Shown here: one piece after another, positions 9,762 to 19,377 of the stretch
Position numbering within the stretch: the stretch's first letter is position 1
Layout: each line of letters begins with the position of its first letter
Assembly (NCBI GenBank): GCA_966211955.1
Contig: CBIHOF010000002.1
Coordinates: forward strand, 91,581 to 155,580
Direction of reading: 5' to 3'
Origin: an uncultured Comamonadaceae bacterium
GTDB lineage: Bacteria; Pseudomonadota; Gammaproteobacteria; Burkholderiales; Burkholderiaceae_C
Length of the DNA: 64,000 bases
Made by a program: the position numbers and the translations under genes
Notes under the pieces: model-generated
Databases searched by the model: none
Told to the model about the DNA's origin: nothing
Seen by the model: the letters and a program-made list of their open reading frames with translations, nothing else

Positions 9762-11008
9762 CGACGCTGACGCCGGCGCGCCACGACTCGCGCCACGACA
9801 CGAACGGGCCGCGGGTTGCGGTGTACCGCTCGCCCATCCTGCCCATCTCCGAAACCTTCATCCGCGACCAGGTGCGCGCCCTGCAGCGCTGGAATGCGAC
9901 GCTCTTCGGCGAGACGCTGCTCGACCCGCGCCCGACGCTGGACGGTGCCACGCTGCGCGTGTTGTGGAACGACACGCGCCTGGGCCGCGCGCTGCGCCGC
10001 ACTGACCGCATTGCCGAGCGGCTGATGGGCCATTCGCCGGCCAAGCTGCGGGCACTTCGCACGCTGCGTCCCGATCTCATTCACGTGCACTTCGCGACCG
10101 ATGCGGTGCAGATCTGGCCGACGGTGAAGCGCCTCGCGCTGCCGATGGTGGTGACGCTGCACGGCTACGACATCAACACGCATGCCGACTGGTGGCATGC
10201 GGGCCATGGCGGCCCGCGCATGAAGGACTATCCCGAGCGGCTGCGCGCCATGGCGGCTGATGAGTCGGTGCATTTCGTGGCGGTGTCGCAAGCCATCCGC
10301 CGCGCCGCGCTGGCGCAGGGCGTGCCCGACGACCGCATGTCGGTCAAGCACATCGGCATCCCGACGCAGGGCTTTCCGGTCGACGGGCCAGCACCTTCGC
10401 AGCGTCGGCCTGACGTGCTCTTCGTCGGGCGGCTGGTGGAGAAGAAGGGGGCGCGGCACCTCATCGATGCGGCTGCTGCGCTGCGCGAGCGCGTGCCCGG
10501 CCTGCGCCTGGTGTTCATTGGCGACGGCCCCTGCCGCGACGAACTCGCGGCGCAGGCCAAGCGCCTGGACGTCGATGCACGCTTCCTCGGCGCGCAGCCG
10601 CAAGCCGAAGTGCGCCGGCAGCTCGTGTCCGCGCGTGCCTTGTGCCTGCCCAGCGTGACGGCGGCCAACGGCGATGCAGAAGGCATGGGCATGGTGCTGC
10701 TGGAGGCGCAGTGCGCGGGCGTGCCGGTCGTGACCTCTGCCAAGGGCGGCAGCGAAGAGGCCATCATCGACGGCGTCACCGGCTTTGCGTTCGGCGAGGG
10801 CGACGTGACCCAGCTTGCGCAGTGGCTGGAACTGCTGCTGCGCGACGGACCGCGCGCGGATGCGATGTCGCGCGAGGCGGCGCAATTCGTGCGCCGTCAA
10901 TTCGACATCGCGCACTGCACACGGGCGCTCGAGGCGCAGTACGACCGCATTCTCTCTGTCATGGCCGTGACTGGATCCGCCGGCCAACCGTCGTGGAATC
11001 CGCGCTGA
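9758..11008 (+). CDS. glycosyltransferase family 4 (WcaL-like)
   Basis: ATGA overlap at 9758. ISETFIRDQ, VTLHGYD, FVGRLVEKKG, EGMGMVLLEA (EX7E). Confidence 0.9.
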   Translation: MTTLTPARHDSRHDTNGPRVAVYRSPILPISETFIRDQVRALQRWNATLFGETLLDPRPTLDGATLRVLWNDTRLGRALRRTDRIAERLMGHSPAKLRALRTLRPDLIHVHFATDAVQIWPTVKRLALPMVVTLHGYDINTHADWWHAGHGGPRMKDYPERLRAMAADESVHFVAVSQAIRRAALAQGVPDDRMSVKHIGIPTQGFPVDGPAPSQRRPDVLFVGRLVEKKGARHLIDAAAALRERVPGLRLVFIGDGPCRDELAAQAKRLDVDARFLGAQPQAEVRRQLVSARALCLPSVTAANGDAEGMGMVLLEAQCAGVPVVTSAKGGSEEAIIDGVTGFAFGEGDVTQLAQWLELLLRDGPRADAMSREAAQFVRRQFDIAHCTRALEAQYDRILSVMAVTGSAGQPSWNPR

Positions 11009-12039
11009 ATCCCGTGGCACGACGCGGCCGATGGCTGTGGCTCGATGCACTCAAGGGCATCGGGATCATCGCGGTGGTGATCGGCCATGTGATCGATCGC
11101 GATGCGGCTCGCATGGTGTTCCTGTGGCACATGCCGCTCTTCTTCTTTGTCGCTGGGCTGGTGTTGAAGCCGGATGCTGACTGGCGGCGTTTCGCACGTG
11201 AGAAGGCGGCGCGGCTCCTGGTGCCGTATGCAGTGTTCCTCGTGCTGCTGTCGGGCCCGGACGTGATGGCGGTGGTGTCGTCGCACAGCATGCGCGACGC
11301 GCTGGCCTTCGCCGCTTCACGGCTCGCGGGCGGCAAGACGCTGTATGGCTGGCTCGCGGCGTTCTGGTTCATCACCTGCCTCTATCTCACGCAGCTCGCG
11401 GTCAACGCCTGTGTCGTTCGCTGGCGGCCGCGGACGGTGTCAGCGCTGATGGTGGCGATGCTGGTGCTGGCCTATGCCAATCAGCTGTTCTTCCCCAAGG
11501 CGTGGTTGCCGTGGGGCGCAAACGTCGTGCTGTTCGCGGCGCCCATCGTGTACCTCGGCATGCGCTTGCGGTCGCATCTCGGTGGGCGGGCGTGGTGGTT
11601 CGCACTGCCGGTCGCGGCCGGCGGCCTCGCGCTCGTGTTCGTGCATCTCGTGGAGGCGCCGGACATGAAGTATTCGCGCTACGGAACGCCGGGGTTGGCG
11701 CTGGTGTTGGGCATGGCCGTGGTGATGGCCCTGGTGGTGCTGGCCAGGCGCTGGCTCGACTCAGGCGTCGTGGCCATCGTTCTTGCGAAGCTGGGCGAGT
11801 CGTCCCTGCTCATCATGGTCCTGCACATGGCGATCCAGCAGGCATTGGATGAGACGTTGGCCGTGCATGACGTTTCACTGCGCATCGCGATTGCGTTGGT
11901 GGTGCCGACATTGTTGTATGCGGTGCTGGCGCGGTATGGGTGGTCGCGGCGCCTGGTGCTTGGGCTACCAGCGGGCGGCCGGCAGCGCCCGCCGGCCCTT
12001 GCGTCGATTGGGGTGGGGACTTCGGCAGGCTCAGTCTGA
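10993..12039 (+). CDS. acyltransferase family 3
   Basis: LDALKGIGIIAVVIGH, WHMPLFFFVAG, RLLVPY, WFITCL; multi-TM. GTG start at 10993 or 11014 is uncertain. Confidence 0.85.
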   Translation: MESALNPVARRGRWLWLDALKGIGIIAVVIGHVIDRDAARMVFLWHMPLFFFVAGLVLKPDADWRRFAREKAARLLVPYAVFLVLLSGPDVMAVVSSHSMRDALAFAASRLAGGKTLYGWLAAFWFITCLYLTQLAVNACVVRWRPRTVSALMVAMLVLAYANQLFFPKAWLPWGANVVLFAAPIVYLGMRLRSHLGGRAWWFALPVAAGGLALVFVHLVEAPDMKYSRYGTPGLALVLGMAVVMALVVLARRWLDSGVVAIVLAKLGESSLLIMVLHMAIQQALDETLAVHDVSLRIAIALVVPTLLYAVLARYGWSRRLVLGLPAGGRQRPPALASIGVGTSAGSV

Positions 12040-12043
12040 ACGG
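12020..12043 (+). repeat. short REP-like dispersed repeat (copy 1)
   Basis: CTTCGGCAGGCTCAGTCTGAACGG matches 46670-46693 at 21 of 24 positions; both copies sit at gene 3' ends. Confidence 0.5.
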
Positions 12044-12091
12044 GGTCTGGGCGATCACACCTCGTCGCCGAAACCCGGCCTGCCATCACCG

Positions 12092-14188
12092 TCACTTCAA
12101 CCCGCTGAACGCCTGCCTCGCACCGAACCGCGACAGATGATGCTGATCGAACAGCATCGGCCGGCCCCCATCCGCGAACTGGCAACCCGACTGCTCGCAC
12201 AGCCGGTCTCGAAGGCTGTAGAGGCTGGCCCCTTCGTTGACCGCGGCGCGTGATCCGTACGCAGCCGCCGCCACCGCGCGCCGAACATCGTCATCCGTCG
12301 CCATCACGAAGCTCGACCGGTTTCCATCCGGCACGAGGTTGCCCAGTACCCGATCACCCACGAAGCGCCGCAGCGCCATCTTCTCGGTCACAAGGTGCTT
12401 GACCGGGTCGAAGCCGAAGAGCGGCGTGTCGTCAACGACGATCACGCGCTTGCCCTTCTTCGTCAGCTCTTCAACGGTGCGAGAGAGGCCTTGCGACAGC
12501 AGCGCCACGCCCTCCGGCCGCGTGAAGGGCCGCGGCGCCACCGTCGACTGATAGCCCTGCGATGGGCTCATCTCGTAGATCGACGCATACCAGAAGCCCG
12601 CGAGGATCACCACCTTCACGTCGGGCGAACCGATCACACGGTCCAGCGCCTGGCGGTTGAAGCGGGCGCATTCGTCGAAGTGACGCGGGTGCTTGTTCAT
12701 CACGCGCGACACATCGACCAGGGTCGGGCAGGACGACTTGGTGAGCTGCGTGAAGCCCATGCCGCTGCGGCGCGCGAAATCCTCGGCGCCCGCACGCAGC
12801 GCCGAGGCATGGCTGTCGCCCATCAGCGCGACGGCAGGCTGGCCGGCGGGCGCGAGGCAGTCGACGCTGGTCCTGGGCGCGACATCGCCATACGACAGGA
12901 GACAGTTGTCGGCGCGCGCGCTGTCGACCTCGCGTTCGATGGACGCGATGGCTTCGGGAACACGCGAGGGCATGCCGTTCGACACGCGGATGCCCGCGAG
13001 CATCAGCACGCCGACCGCGACGACGGCAAGGTAGCCCCAGATCCAGCGCTGCGTCGACACGCCTTGCCAGCCGCGGCGGAAAGGCGTCTCGATGTGCCGG
13101 TACGAGAAGACCGCGATGACGAAGGAGATGGTCGAGATCACCACGCCCTGCCGCCAGGTCAGCGGGAAGTCCGAGGCGACTCGCGCGAAACTCAGCAGCG
13201 GCCAGTGCCACAGGTACCACGAGTAGGAAATCAGTCCGACGAAGACCATCGGCCGGCTGCCGAGAATGAAGCGGTTGACAGGTCCGTCGTTGGCGATGAC
13301 GAGCAGCGAGCCCAGCACCGGCAGCAGCGCTGCGGTGCCGGGAAAGGCGAGGGTGTTGTCGAAGAGCAAGGCCGACGCGGCGATCATCGCGATGCCTGCG
13401 GCGGCGAGGACTTGCCTCGTGACGAGCACACCGGTGGACGGCGTCTTCGGCGCACCCGCGGCTTGCCGCTGCCTCGATTGCCAGATCGCGAGGAACACGC
13501 CCGCGCCCAGCTCCCACGCGCGCGGTGGCAGCGCATAGAAGGCGAGCGCCGGGTGCGTCTCGGTGGACCACACATTGAGCCCGAACGACGCCAGCGTGAG
13601 CAGTGCGACGACTGGCAGCAGCTTGCTCTTCCAGCGCAGCAGCAAGAGCAGCAGCGGCGGGTAGAACAGGTAGAACTGCTCCTCCACGCCCAGCGACCAG
13701 GTCATGAGCAGCGGGTTCAGGTCGGCGTTGCCGGCGAAGTAGTTGGTCGTCTTCAGGAAGACGATGTTGGGCACCGACAGCAGCGCGCCGATCGCGTAGT
13801 TGGAAAAGTCCTTCAGCTCCTGCGGCGAGAGGAAGGCCAGCGCGATCAGCGTGGTGGCGGCGATGACCACGACCAGCGCCGGCGCGATGCGTCGGATGCG
13901 CCGCGCGTAGAAGGTCGCGTAGCTGAAGCGGCCGGTGGTGGCTTCGTCGTAGAGGATGCCGCCGATCAGGAACCCCGAGATGACGAAGAACACGTCCACG
14001 CCGACGAATCCGCCCGGCAGGAAGGGGATGCCGCAGTGGAATCCGACGACGATGGCCACCGCGATGGCGCGCAGCCCGTCGATGTCTGCGCGGTGCGCCA
14101 CGCGCTGGGCCGGGTCCAGGGCACGCGTGCCGGCGGGGGCCGCGAGGCCCGCACCTGACGCACCGGCGAGAGGCTGGGTGGCTTCCAT
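12092..14188 (-). CDS. acyltransferase family 3 with C-terminal SGNH domain (OafA/YrhL-type)
   Basis: RADIDGLRAIAV, GVDVFFVISGFLI, TWSLGVEEQFY, GLISYSWYLWHWP, then GDSHA and D.HH SGNH motifs. RBS GGAG before ATG 14188. Confidence 0.92.
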   Translation of the reverse strand: MEATQPLAGASGAGLAAPAGTRALDPAQRVAHRADIDGLRAIAVAIVVGFHCGIPFLPGGFVGVDVFFVISGFLIGGILYDEATTGRFSYATFYARRIRRIAPALVVVIAATTLIALAFLSPQELKDFSNYAIGALLSVPNIVFLKTTNYFAGNADLNPLLMTWSLGVEEQFYLFYPPLLLLLLRWKSKLLPVVALLTLASFGLNVWSTETHPALAFYALPPRAWELGAGVFLAIWQSRQRQAAGAPKTPSTGVLVTRQVLAAAGIAMIAASALLFDNTLAFPGTAALLPVLGSLLVIANDGPVNRFILGSRPMVFVGLISYSWYLWHWPLLSFARVASDFPLTWRQGVVISTISFVIAVFSYRHIETPFRRGWQGVSTQRWIWGYLAVVAVGVLMLAGIRVSNGMPSRVPEAIASIEREVDSARADNCLLSYGDVAPRTSVDCLAPAGQPAVALMGDSHASALRAGAEDFARRSGMGFTQLTKSSCPTLVDVSRVMNKHPRHFDECARFNRQALDRVIGSPDVKVVILAGFWYASIYEMSPSQGYQSTVAPRPFTRPEGVALLSQGLSRTVEELTKKGKRVIVVDDTPLFGFDPVKHLVTEKMALRRFVGDRVLGNLVPDGNRSSFVMATDDDVRRAVAAAAYGSRAAVNEGASLYSLRDRLCEQSGCQFADGGRPMLFDQHHLSRFGARQAFSGLK

Positions 14189-14329
14189 CTCAGTTCTCCA
14201 AGACGCCGACGAGCGGCACCCGCGAGCCAAGAAGCCGGCCCATCAAGCAGCCGCCGCGGATCCGGCTTCGCCGGCCCGCTGATGGCGCTCCCTGGGGGGA
14301 GGCGCCGAAGGCGCTTCGGGGGGAACGTT

Positions 14330-15391
14330 TCATGCCCGCACGACCCGTGCCCGAACCAGCCAGCCCTTCAAGGCTTGCGGCCGCGTGCTGGGCGCGAATC
14401 GCCAGAGGATGAGCCGCGACGCGATGGCGCGCGGCGTGAGCAGCGCACCAAAGGCCCACAACGCCGTCGCGACGCGTGCCTTGACCGACAGGCCTTGCGG
14501 CGCGAAAGCGGCGCGGCACACATGCGCGAGCAGCTTCCAGCGCGAATCGCCCTCGATCGGATGCGTTTCGGGCGCGAGCACCAGCGAGCCGATGCGGTAG
14601 CCGAGGTAGGACAGGCTGCGGTCGATCGCAGCGTCCGGGATGCGAAAGCCTTCCTCGCGCGCGATGCCCTGCGCATACACGAGCCGCTGACGCGCGCGCG
14701 TCATCTGCCGCTCGAACTGGTGCACGTCGAGCTTGCTCAGCGCCCCCTGGTTCTTGCCGTGCACGCGGTAGCCCACCAGCGGCCGGGCGATGGTCACCAC
14801 CTCGCCCAGCAGTGGCGCGGCGGCCAGGCAGTACGAATCGTTGGCGGTGCCGCAGGTGTTGCGCAAGGGAAAGATGCGGTCGAGGAACCAGCGCGGGTAG
14901 GCGTTGGCCGAGCCCGGGGGGGTGGGGTAGGCGGTGGTCTTGCGCACCCACTCGCTCACCTGCGCGGGCGTGGGCACGACGTGGAACTGCGGGAAGTAGG
15001 CGCCCGTCGGCTCGCCGCGCGCGTCGATGACCTGCATCTGCACCTGCACCTTGCTCGTGAGCGGCGACATCACGGCCATCACCTCGCGCGCGAGCCCGGG
15101 GTGCAGCACGTCGTCGGAGTCGAGAAAGATCACCACGTCGCCGCGCGAGCGTGCGTAGCCCTTGTTGCAAGCCACGAGCTGGCCGGCGTTGTCCTGGGTG
15201 ATGACCTGGATGCGATCGCCGTAGGCTTCGATGATGCGGCGCGAGCCGTCGGTGGAGCCATCGTCGATGACGATGACTTCCACGCTTGGCCAGTCCAGCG
15301 CGAGCGCGCTGTCGATGGCTTGCGCGACATAAGCCTCGTAGTTGTAGTTGGGGATGATCACCGAGATCATCGTGGGCGTGGTCGTCGTCAT
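14330..15391 (-). CDS. glycosyltransferase family 2
   Basis: ISVIIPNYNY, DDGSTD, FLDSDD (DxD). ATGA overlap with the flippase stop. Confidence 0.9.
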   Translation of the reverse strand: MTTTTPTMISVIIPNYNYEAYVAQAIDSALALDWPSVEVIVIDDGSTDGSRRIIEAYGDRIQVITQDNAGQLVACNKGYARSRGDVVIFLDSDDVLHPGLAREVMAVMSPLTSKVQVQMQVIDARGEPTGAYFPQFHVVPTPAQVSEWVRKTTAYPTPPGSANAYPRWFLDRIFPLRNTCGTANDSYCLAAAPLLGEVVTIARPLVGYRVHGKNQGALSKLDVHQFERQMTRARQRLVYAQGIAREEGFRIPDAAIDRSLSYLGYRIGSLVLAPETHPIEGDSRWKLLAHVCRAAFAPQGLSVKARVATALWAFGALLTPRAIASRLILWRFAPSTRPQALKGWLVRARVVRA

Positions 15392-16923
15392 GGCGTGTCT
15401 TTCGCGTCGTTGGCGAGGGCGTCGCCCACGGCCGGCGGCGGCGTGCGCCGGCGTGCCAGCGCGGCGCGGCCGAAGGCGCCCAGCTCCCACAGCAGCCGGC
15501 GGTCGAAGAGGAAGAGGCAGCCCGCATACACGGCCGTGCCCAGCGGCGCGAGCACCGCCAGCCGCGCGATGGCCGGCCACGTGGCAGGCAGCGCGCCGCG
15601 CGCCGCCCACACCGCAAGCAGCATGGCGCCGGCGCACAGCATGGGCATGAGGGACACGCGCAGCTGCTCGGCCAGGCCGATGTTGCTTGCACGGCGGAAG
15701 AGCGCGGTCTGCACCGTGCCGCCCAGGCACTCGCGCGCCACCCAGATGCCGATGGCCCAGCCGATGCTCGGCACGCCGCTCGCGAGAATCGCCACCAGCA
15801 CGAAGACGAGTTCCACCGTCTGCGTGACCAGCAGGTCGCGCGGGCGGCCGAGCGCGGTGAGCATGGGCGTCATCAAGAGGCGCCGCGCCTGCACCAGCAC
15901 CTGAAGCGACAAGAGCGTGACGAAGGGCGCGATGGCCGTCCAGCGCGGGCCGAAGAGCAGGTCCACGACTTCGATGGACAGCGCGCCGATCAGCACGAAG
16001 CAGAAGTACAGCACCACGCACACGAAGGCCGACGCCGTGTGAAACGCGCGCTTGAAGCGGCTGTCGTCGGCGCGCAGCGCGGACAGGATGGGCAGCGCAA
16101 CTTGAGAGATGGCGCTGGCGGCGAGCGACCAGAAGGTGTCCACCGCGCGGAAGCTCAGGTTCAACAGGCCCGCTGCATGCGTGCCCAGCGCCATGCCGCT
16201 CAGGATGACGAAGATGCGCTTGATCGAGAAGTTGATGAACAGCACCGACACCGCGACCACGCCGAAGCCGATGAGCTCGCGAAACGCCTGCCATTGAAAG
16301 CGCAGGCGCGGCCGTTCTCGGCAGGTGATCCACAGCACGGCCGAGCCGAAGAGCACCACCAGCACCTGCTGCGCGACCAGGCCCCAGAAGCTGAAGCCAG
16401 CCACCACGAGCGCGATGCCCGCCACCGCGCCGAGCGTGCGGCCCACCAGCGAGCGCACGGCCAGCGTGCGGAAGTCGAGGTTGCGCCGCTGCCGCGCGAC
16501 GATGGTGGCGCTGACCGCGGTGAGCGGCAGGCACAGCGAGGTCCACGCCAGCGCCATCGCGGCCGAGGGGTTGCCGGTGCGTGCCGCGAAGGTGGGCGCG
16601 CCCAGCCAGCACGCGGCCATGAGCACCGCGCTCAGCGCGAGCGTGGCGGTGAAGGCGCTGTCGTAGTGCGCCTCGCCGACGTCCGGCCGCTGCACCAGCG
16701 CGTCATGGAACAGCATGCTCACGAGCACGGTGAGCAGCTCGATCACCGCGAGCACGATGGAGAAGAGGCCGAAGTCGGAGACCGACAGGAAGCGCGAATA
16801 GATGATGAGCGAGGAGAACGAGATCAGCGCGAGGCCACCGTTCTCGGCCACGCTCCACAGCGCCGAGCGCGCGGCGGTGGCGCGGTGGGTGCCGGCGGCG
16901 GGCAGTGGTGCGATGGCGGACAT
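15388..16923 (-). CDS. wzx: Wzx-type polysaccharide flippase (PST family, ExoT/GumJ-like)
   Basis: 511 aa with about 12-14 hydrophobic segments, SDFGLFSIV, DALVQRP, LDFRTLAVRSL; located among GT genes. Confidence 0.85.
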   Translation of the reverse strand: MSAIAPLPAAGTHRATAARSALWSVAENGGLALISFSSLIIYSRFLSVSDFGLFSIVLAVIELLTVLVSMLFHDALVQRPDVGEAHYDSAFTATLALSAVLMAACWLGAPTFAARTGNPSAAMALAWTSLCLPLTAVSATIVARQRRNLDFRTLAVRSLVGRTLGAVAGIALVVAGFSFWGLVAQQVLVVLFGSAVLWITCRERPRLRFQWQAFRELIGFGVVAVSVLFINFSIKRIFVILSGMALGTHAAGLLNLSFRAVDTFWSLAASAISQVALPILSALRADDSRFKRAFHTASAFVCVVLYFCFVLIGALSIEVVDLLFGPRWTAIAPFVTLLSLQVLVQARRLLMTPMLTALGRPRDLLVTQTVELVFVLVAILASGVPSIGWAIGIWVARECLGGTVQTALFRRASNIGLAEQLRVSLMPMLCAGAMLLAVWAARGALPATWPAIARLAVLAPLGTAVYAGCLFLFDRRLLWELGAFGRAALARRRTPPPAVGDALANDAKDTP

Positions 16924-16942
16924 GCAGCGTGACCTCGTGCCT

Positions 16943-18031
16943 TCAGAACAATCGCGCGGCAGTGCCGCTTCGCGGGCCGAACCAAGCGGCCCACTGGCGA
17001 CGCAGCGGCTGCACCAGCGTCGCGCGGCTGAAGCGCAACAAGATGAGCGGCCGCGCGATGAAGCGCGGGCTGCACAGCAGCGCGGTGAGCCAGGCGGCGT
17101 GCATCACCTTGAGCGGCGCGGGCAGCGGACGACGGCCCAGCAGGGCGATGCCCGCGCGCCAGAGACCCGTCGGGGTGTCGTCCGCGGCACCCTCGTAGCT
17201 GTCGCCCAGCTTCTTGAGCATCAGCCGGTAGTTGACCGATGGCAGGTCGAAGTCGATCAGCTTGCCCGGCGGCAGCGCCACGCCGCGCGCGGCGGCATGC
17301 TCCTTGAGCGCGCGCAACTCGTCCACGCGAATGGCGACTTGCTTGGCGAAGCGCTCGCCGATGGCGGCACTGGCCGCGCCGTGGTAGCTCTGGTTCGCAT
17401 CGTGCAGCCGGTACAGACCCAGCGAGCGCGGAACCACGCGCACCTCGCCATACAGCGGCGCGACGGTGTTCAAGAGGCCGTCGGGAGCCTTCTTCACCGT
17501 GAGCGGCATGACCTGCGCGAGGAACTCGCGTGAGTACGCATTGCCCGTGAGCACCGGCCACACATAGGTGCCGAAGTGGCGGAACTCCTCGGCGATCTCG
17601 CTCGGGCCGTAGGGCGCGACGTAGTTGCAAAAGCGCCGACCCAGCATCTCGCCGGCACCGTTGATCACCTCCAGCTCGAACTGCACCTTGGTGCAACCTG
17701 GGCGCCACTCTGCATGCACCGCTTCGAGGGCCTGGCGATGAAGCAGGTCGTCCGCATCGAGGAAGAGCACGATGTCGCCTTTCGACCGCGCATAGCCCGC
17801 ATTGAGTGCGGCGATCTGCCCGGCGTTGGCCTGGTTGACGAGCCGGATGCGCGTCCCGAAGCCCGCGAGCACCGCGGCGGAGTTGTCGGTGGAGCCATCG
17901 TTGACGACCACGATCTCGTCGGCCGGCACCGTCTGCGCGAGCACGCTCAGGATGGCGTCGCCCACATAGCGCTCGTAGTTGAAGCAGGTGATGACGATGC
18001 TCACCGTCGGACGTTTCGGGCTGGCGTTCAT
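16943..18031 (-). CDS. glycosyltransferase family 2
   Basis: VSIVITCFNY, NDGSTD, FLDADD. ATGA overlap at 18031/18028. Confidence 0.9.
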   Translation of the reverse strand: MNASPKRPTVSIVITCFNYERYVGDAILSVLAQTVPADEIVVVNDGSTDNSAAVLAGFGTRIRLVNQANAGQIAALNAGYARSKGDIVLFLDADDLLHRQALEAVHAEWRPGCTKVQFELEVINGAGEMLGRRFCNYVAPYGPSEIAEEFRHFGTYVWPVLTGNAYSREFLAQVMPLTVKKAPDGLLNTVAPLYGEVRVVPRSLGLYRLHDANQSYHGAASAAIGERFAKQVAIRVDELRALKEHAAARGVALPPGKLIDFDLPSVNYRLMLKKLGDSYEGAADDTPTGLWRAGIALLGRRPLPAPLKVMHAAWLTALLCSPRFIARPLILLRFSRATLVQPLRRQWAAWFGPRSGTAARLF

Positions 18032-19377
18032 TCGATGGGTTCCGTGCTGCTGAAGGCAGGTTCGATCCGTTGCGCTCGGTGCGCTGGTGCGGGTGGGGCA
18101 GCCGCCGTGGGCGGGGCCTTTGCGGGTGACGCCACTGGGCCAAGCCGCGGCCACATCGCGCAGATCACGAAGATCAGCAGCAGCGATTCCGGTGCGAGCA
18201 GGTTGCCGCCCAGGAGCAGCCACTGCAGCGTCAGCGCCACGCGCACGCGGATGGGCGCGCCCGAGCGGTGGATGGCCACGCCCACGAGCGTGCCGAAGGC
18301 GAGCATGCCGAGCAGGCCGTACTCGAAGACCAGCTTGCCGTAGGTCGTCTCGCAGACGTCGAACATCTTCTGCGTGGTGCCGGGGCCGTGGCCGAGCAGG
18401 CTGGTCCAGGCGCTGGAATCGATCTGCTCCACCACGAGCTTGCCCGGCGCGATGAAGCGGCAATACGCGCTGCTGCGGTCGGAGCCGAACTCGCCGACGC
18501 GATCCAGCGTGTAGTTGAGGTTCAGCACGTCGCCCAGCAGCAACACCGCGATGCCTGCCACCACCACGGCAGCCGCCACCCGCCACAGCGTGCGCTGGCC
18601 GAGGGGGAAGAGCATGGCGATGGCCAGCACCAGGAGCCCGGAGCCCGAGTACGACAGCAGCACCGCGAGGCCCAGCACCGCCATCACCCACTTGCGGCGA
18701 TCGAGCGCGGATTCGAGCAGCAGCGCCAGCGCCATGTAGAACGAGAAGCCCGAGGCCTCGCGCAGGAAGAAGCCGTTGGACTTGATGTGCTCGCCCACCG
18801 CGTTGGTGGTGTTGTAGGTGCCCGAGCCGCGCAGGGATTTGGGGATCATCGGCGTGAAGTCGAACAGCCACGGCGCATGGATGGCGTACTGCGCGAAGTA
18901 CTGCACGATGCCTGCGATGCCGCAGCCGAGCATGAAGGCGACCAGCAGCCGCATGCAACGCTGCCAGGCCTCGACGCTGCCGGCGCTGCGGTCCATCACG
19001 ATGATGAAGGGCGCATACAGCACCACCAGCAGCAGCCAGGAACTCATGGTGGCCAGCTGCCGGAAATCGAAGGACGCATTCGCCACCAGGCTCAGCCCGC
19101 TCACGGTGGCGATGCCCACGTACAAGAGGCCCATGCCGGGGTTCAGCCGGCCCGCACCGCCGAATGCGATGGCCGCCGCGATGGCGTACATCGCGATGAA
19201 GGTCGGGTGGATGGAGAAGCTGCTGCTCACCGCGAGGCCGAAGCGGTCGAGCACGGTGAGCGCCACCATCGCGAAGACGATGGCCGCGGTGAGCGGCCAA
19301 GTCCACGCGGGGGCCTTGCGTGCCGACGACCCGGGGGCCAGCGGCAAGGTGGCTTGCCAGGCGGCGGCCATGGTCAC
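18028..19377 (-). CDS. putative Wzy polysaccharide polymerase / O-antigen ligase-like membrane protein
   Basis: About 449 aa multi-TM protein with a large periplasmic loop (DRSSAYCRF...HGPG). GTGA overlap; the only polymerase candidate in the cluster. Confidence 0.65.
   Translation of the reverse strand: MTMAAAWQATLPLAPGSSARKAPAWTWPLTAAIVFAMVALTVLDRFGLAVSSSFSIHPTFIAMYAIAAAIAFGGAGRLNPGMGLLYVGIATVSGLSLVANASFDFRQLATMSSWLLLVVLYAPFIIVMDRSAGSVEAWQRCMRLLVAFMLGCGIAGIVQYFAQYAIHAPWLFDFTPMIPKSLRGSGTYNTTNAVGEHIKSNGFFLREASGFSFYMALALLLESALDRRKWVMAVLGLAVLLSYSGSGLLVLAIAMLFPLGQRTLWRVAAAVVVAGIAVLLLGDVLNLNYTLDRVGEFGSDRSSAYCRFIAPGKLVVEQIDSSAWTSLLGHGPGTTQKMFDVCETTYGKLVFEYGLLGMLAFGTLVGVAIHRSGAPIRVRVALTLQWLLLGGNLLAPESLLLIFVICAMWPRLGPVASPAKAPPTAAAPPAPAHRAQRIEPAFSSTEPIE

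Noticed and set aside
8696-11008. 770-aa ORF suggesting a large GT fusion
   Set aside because: The first 354 codons overlap an acyltransferase in another frame; the real GT4 starts at 9758.
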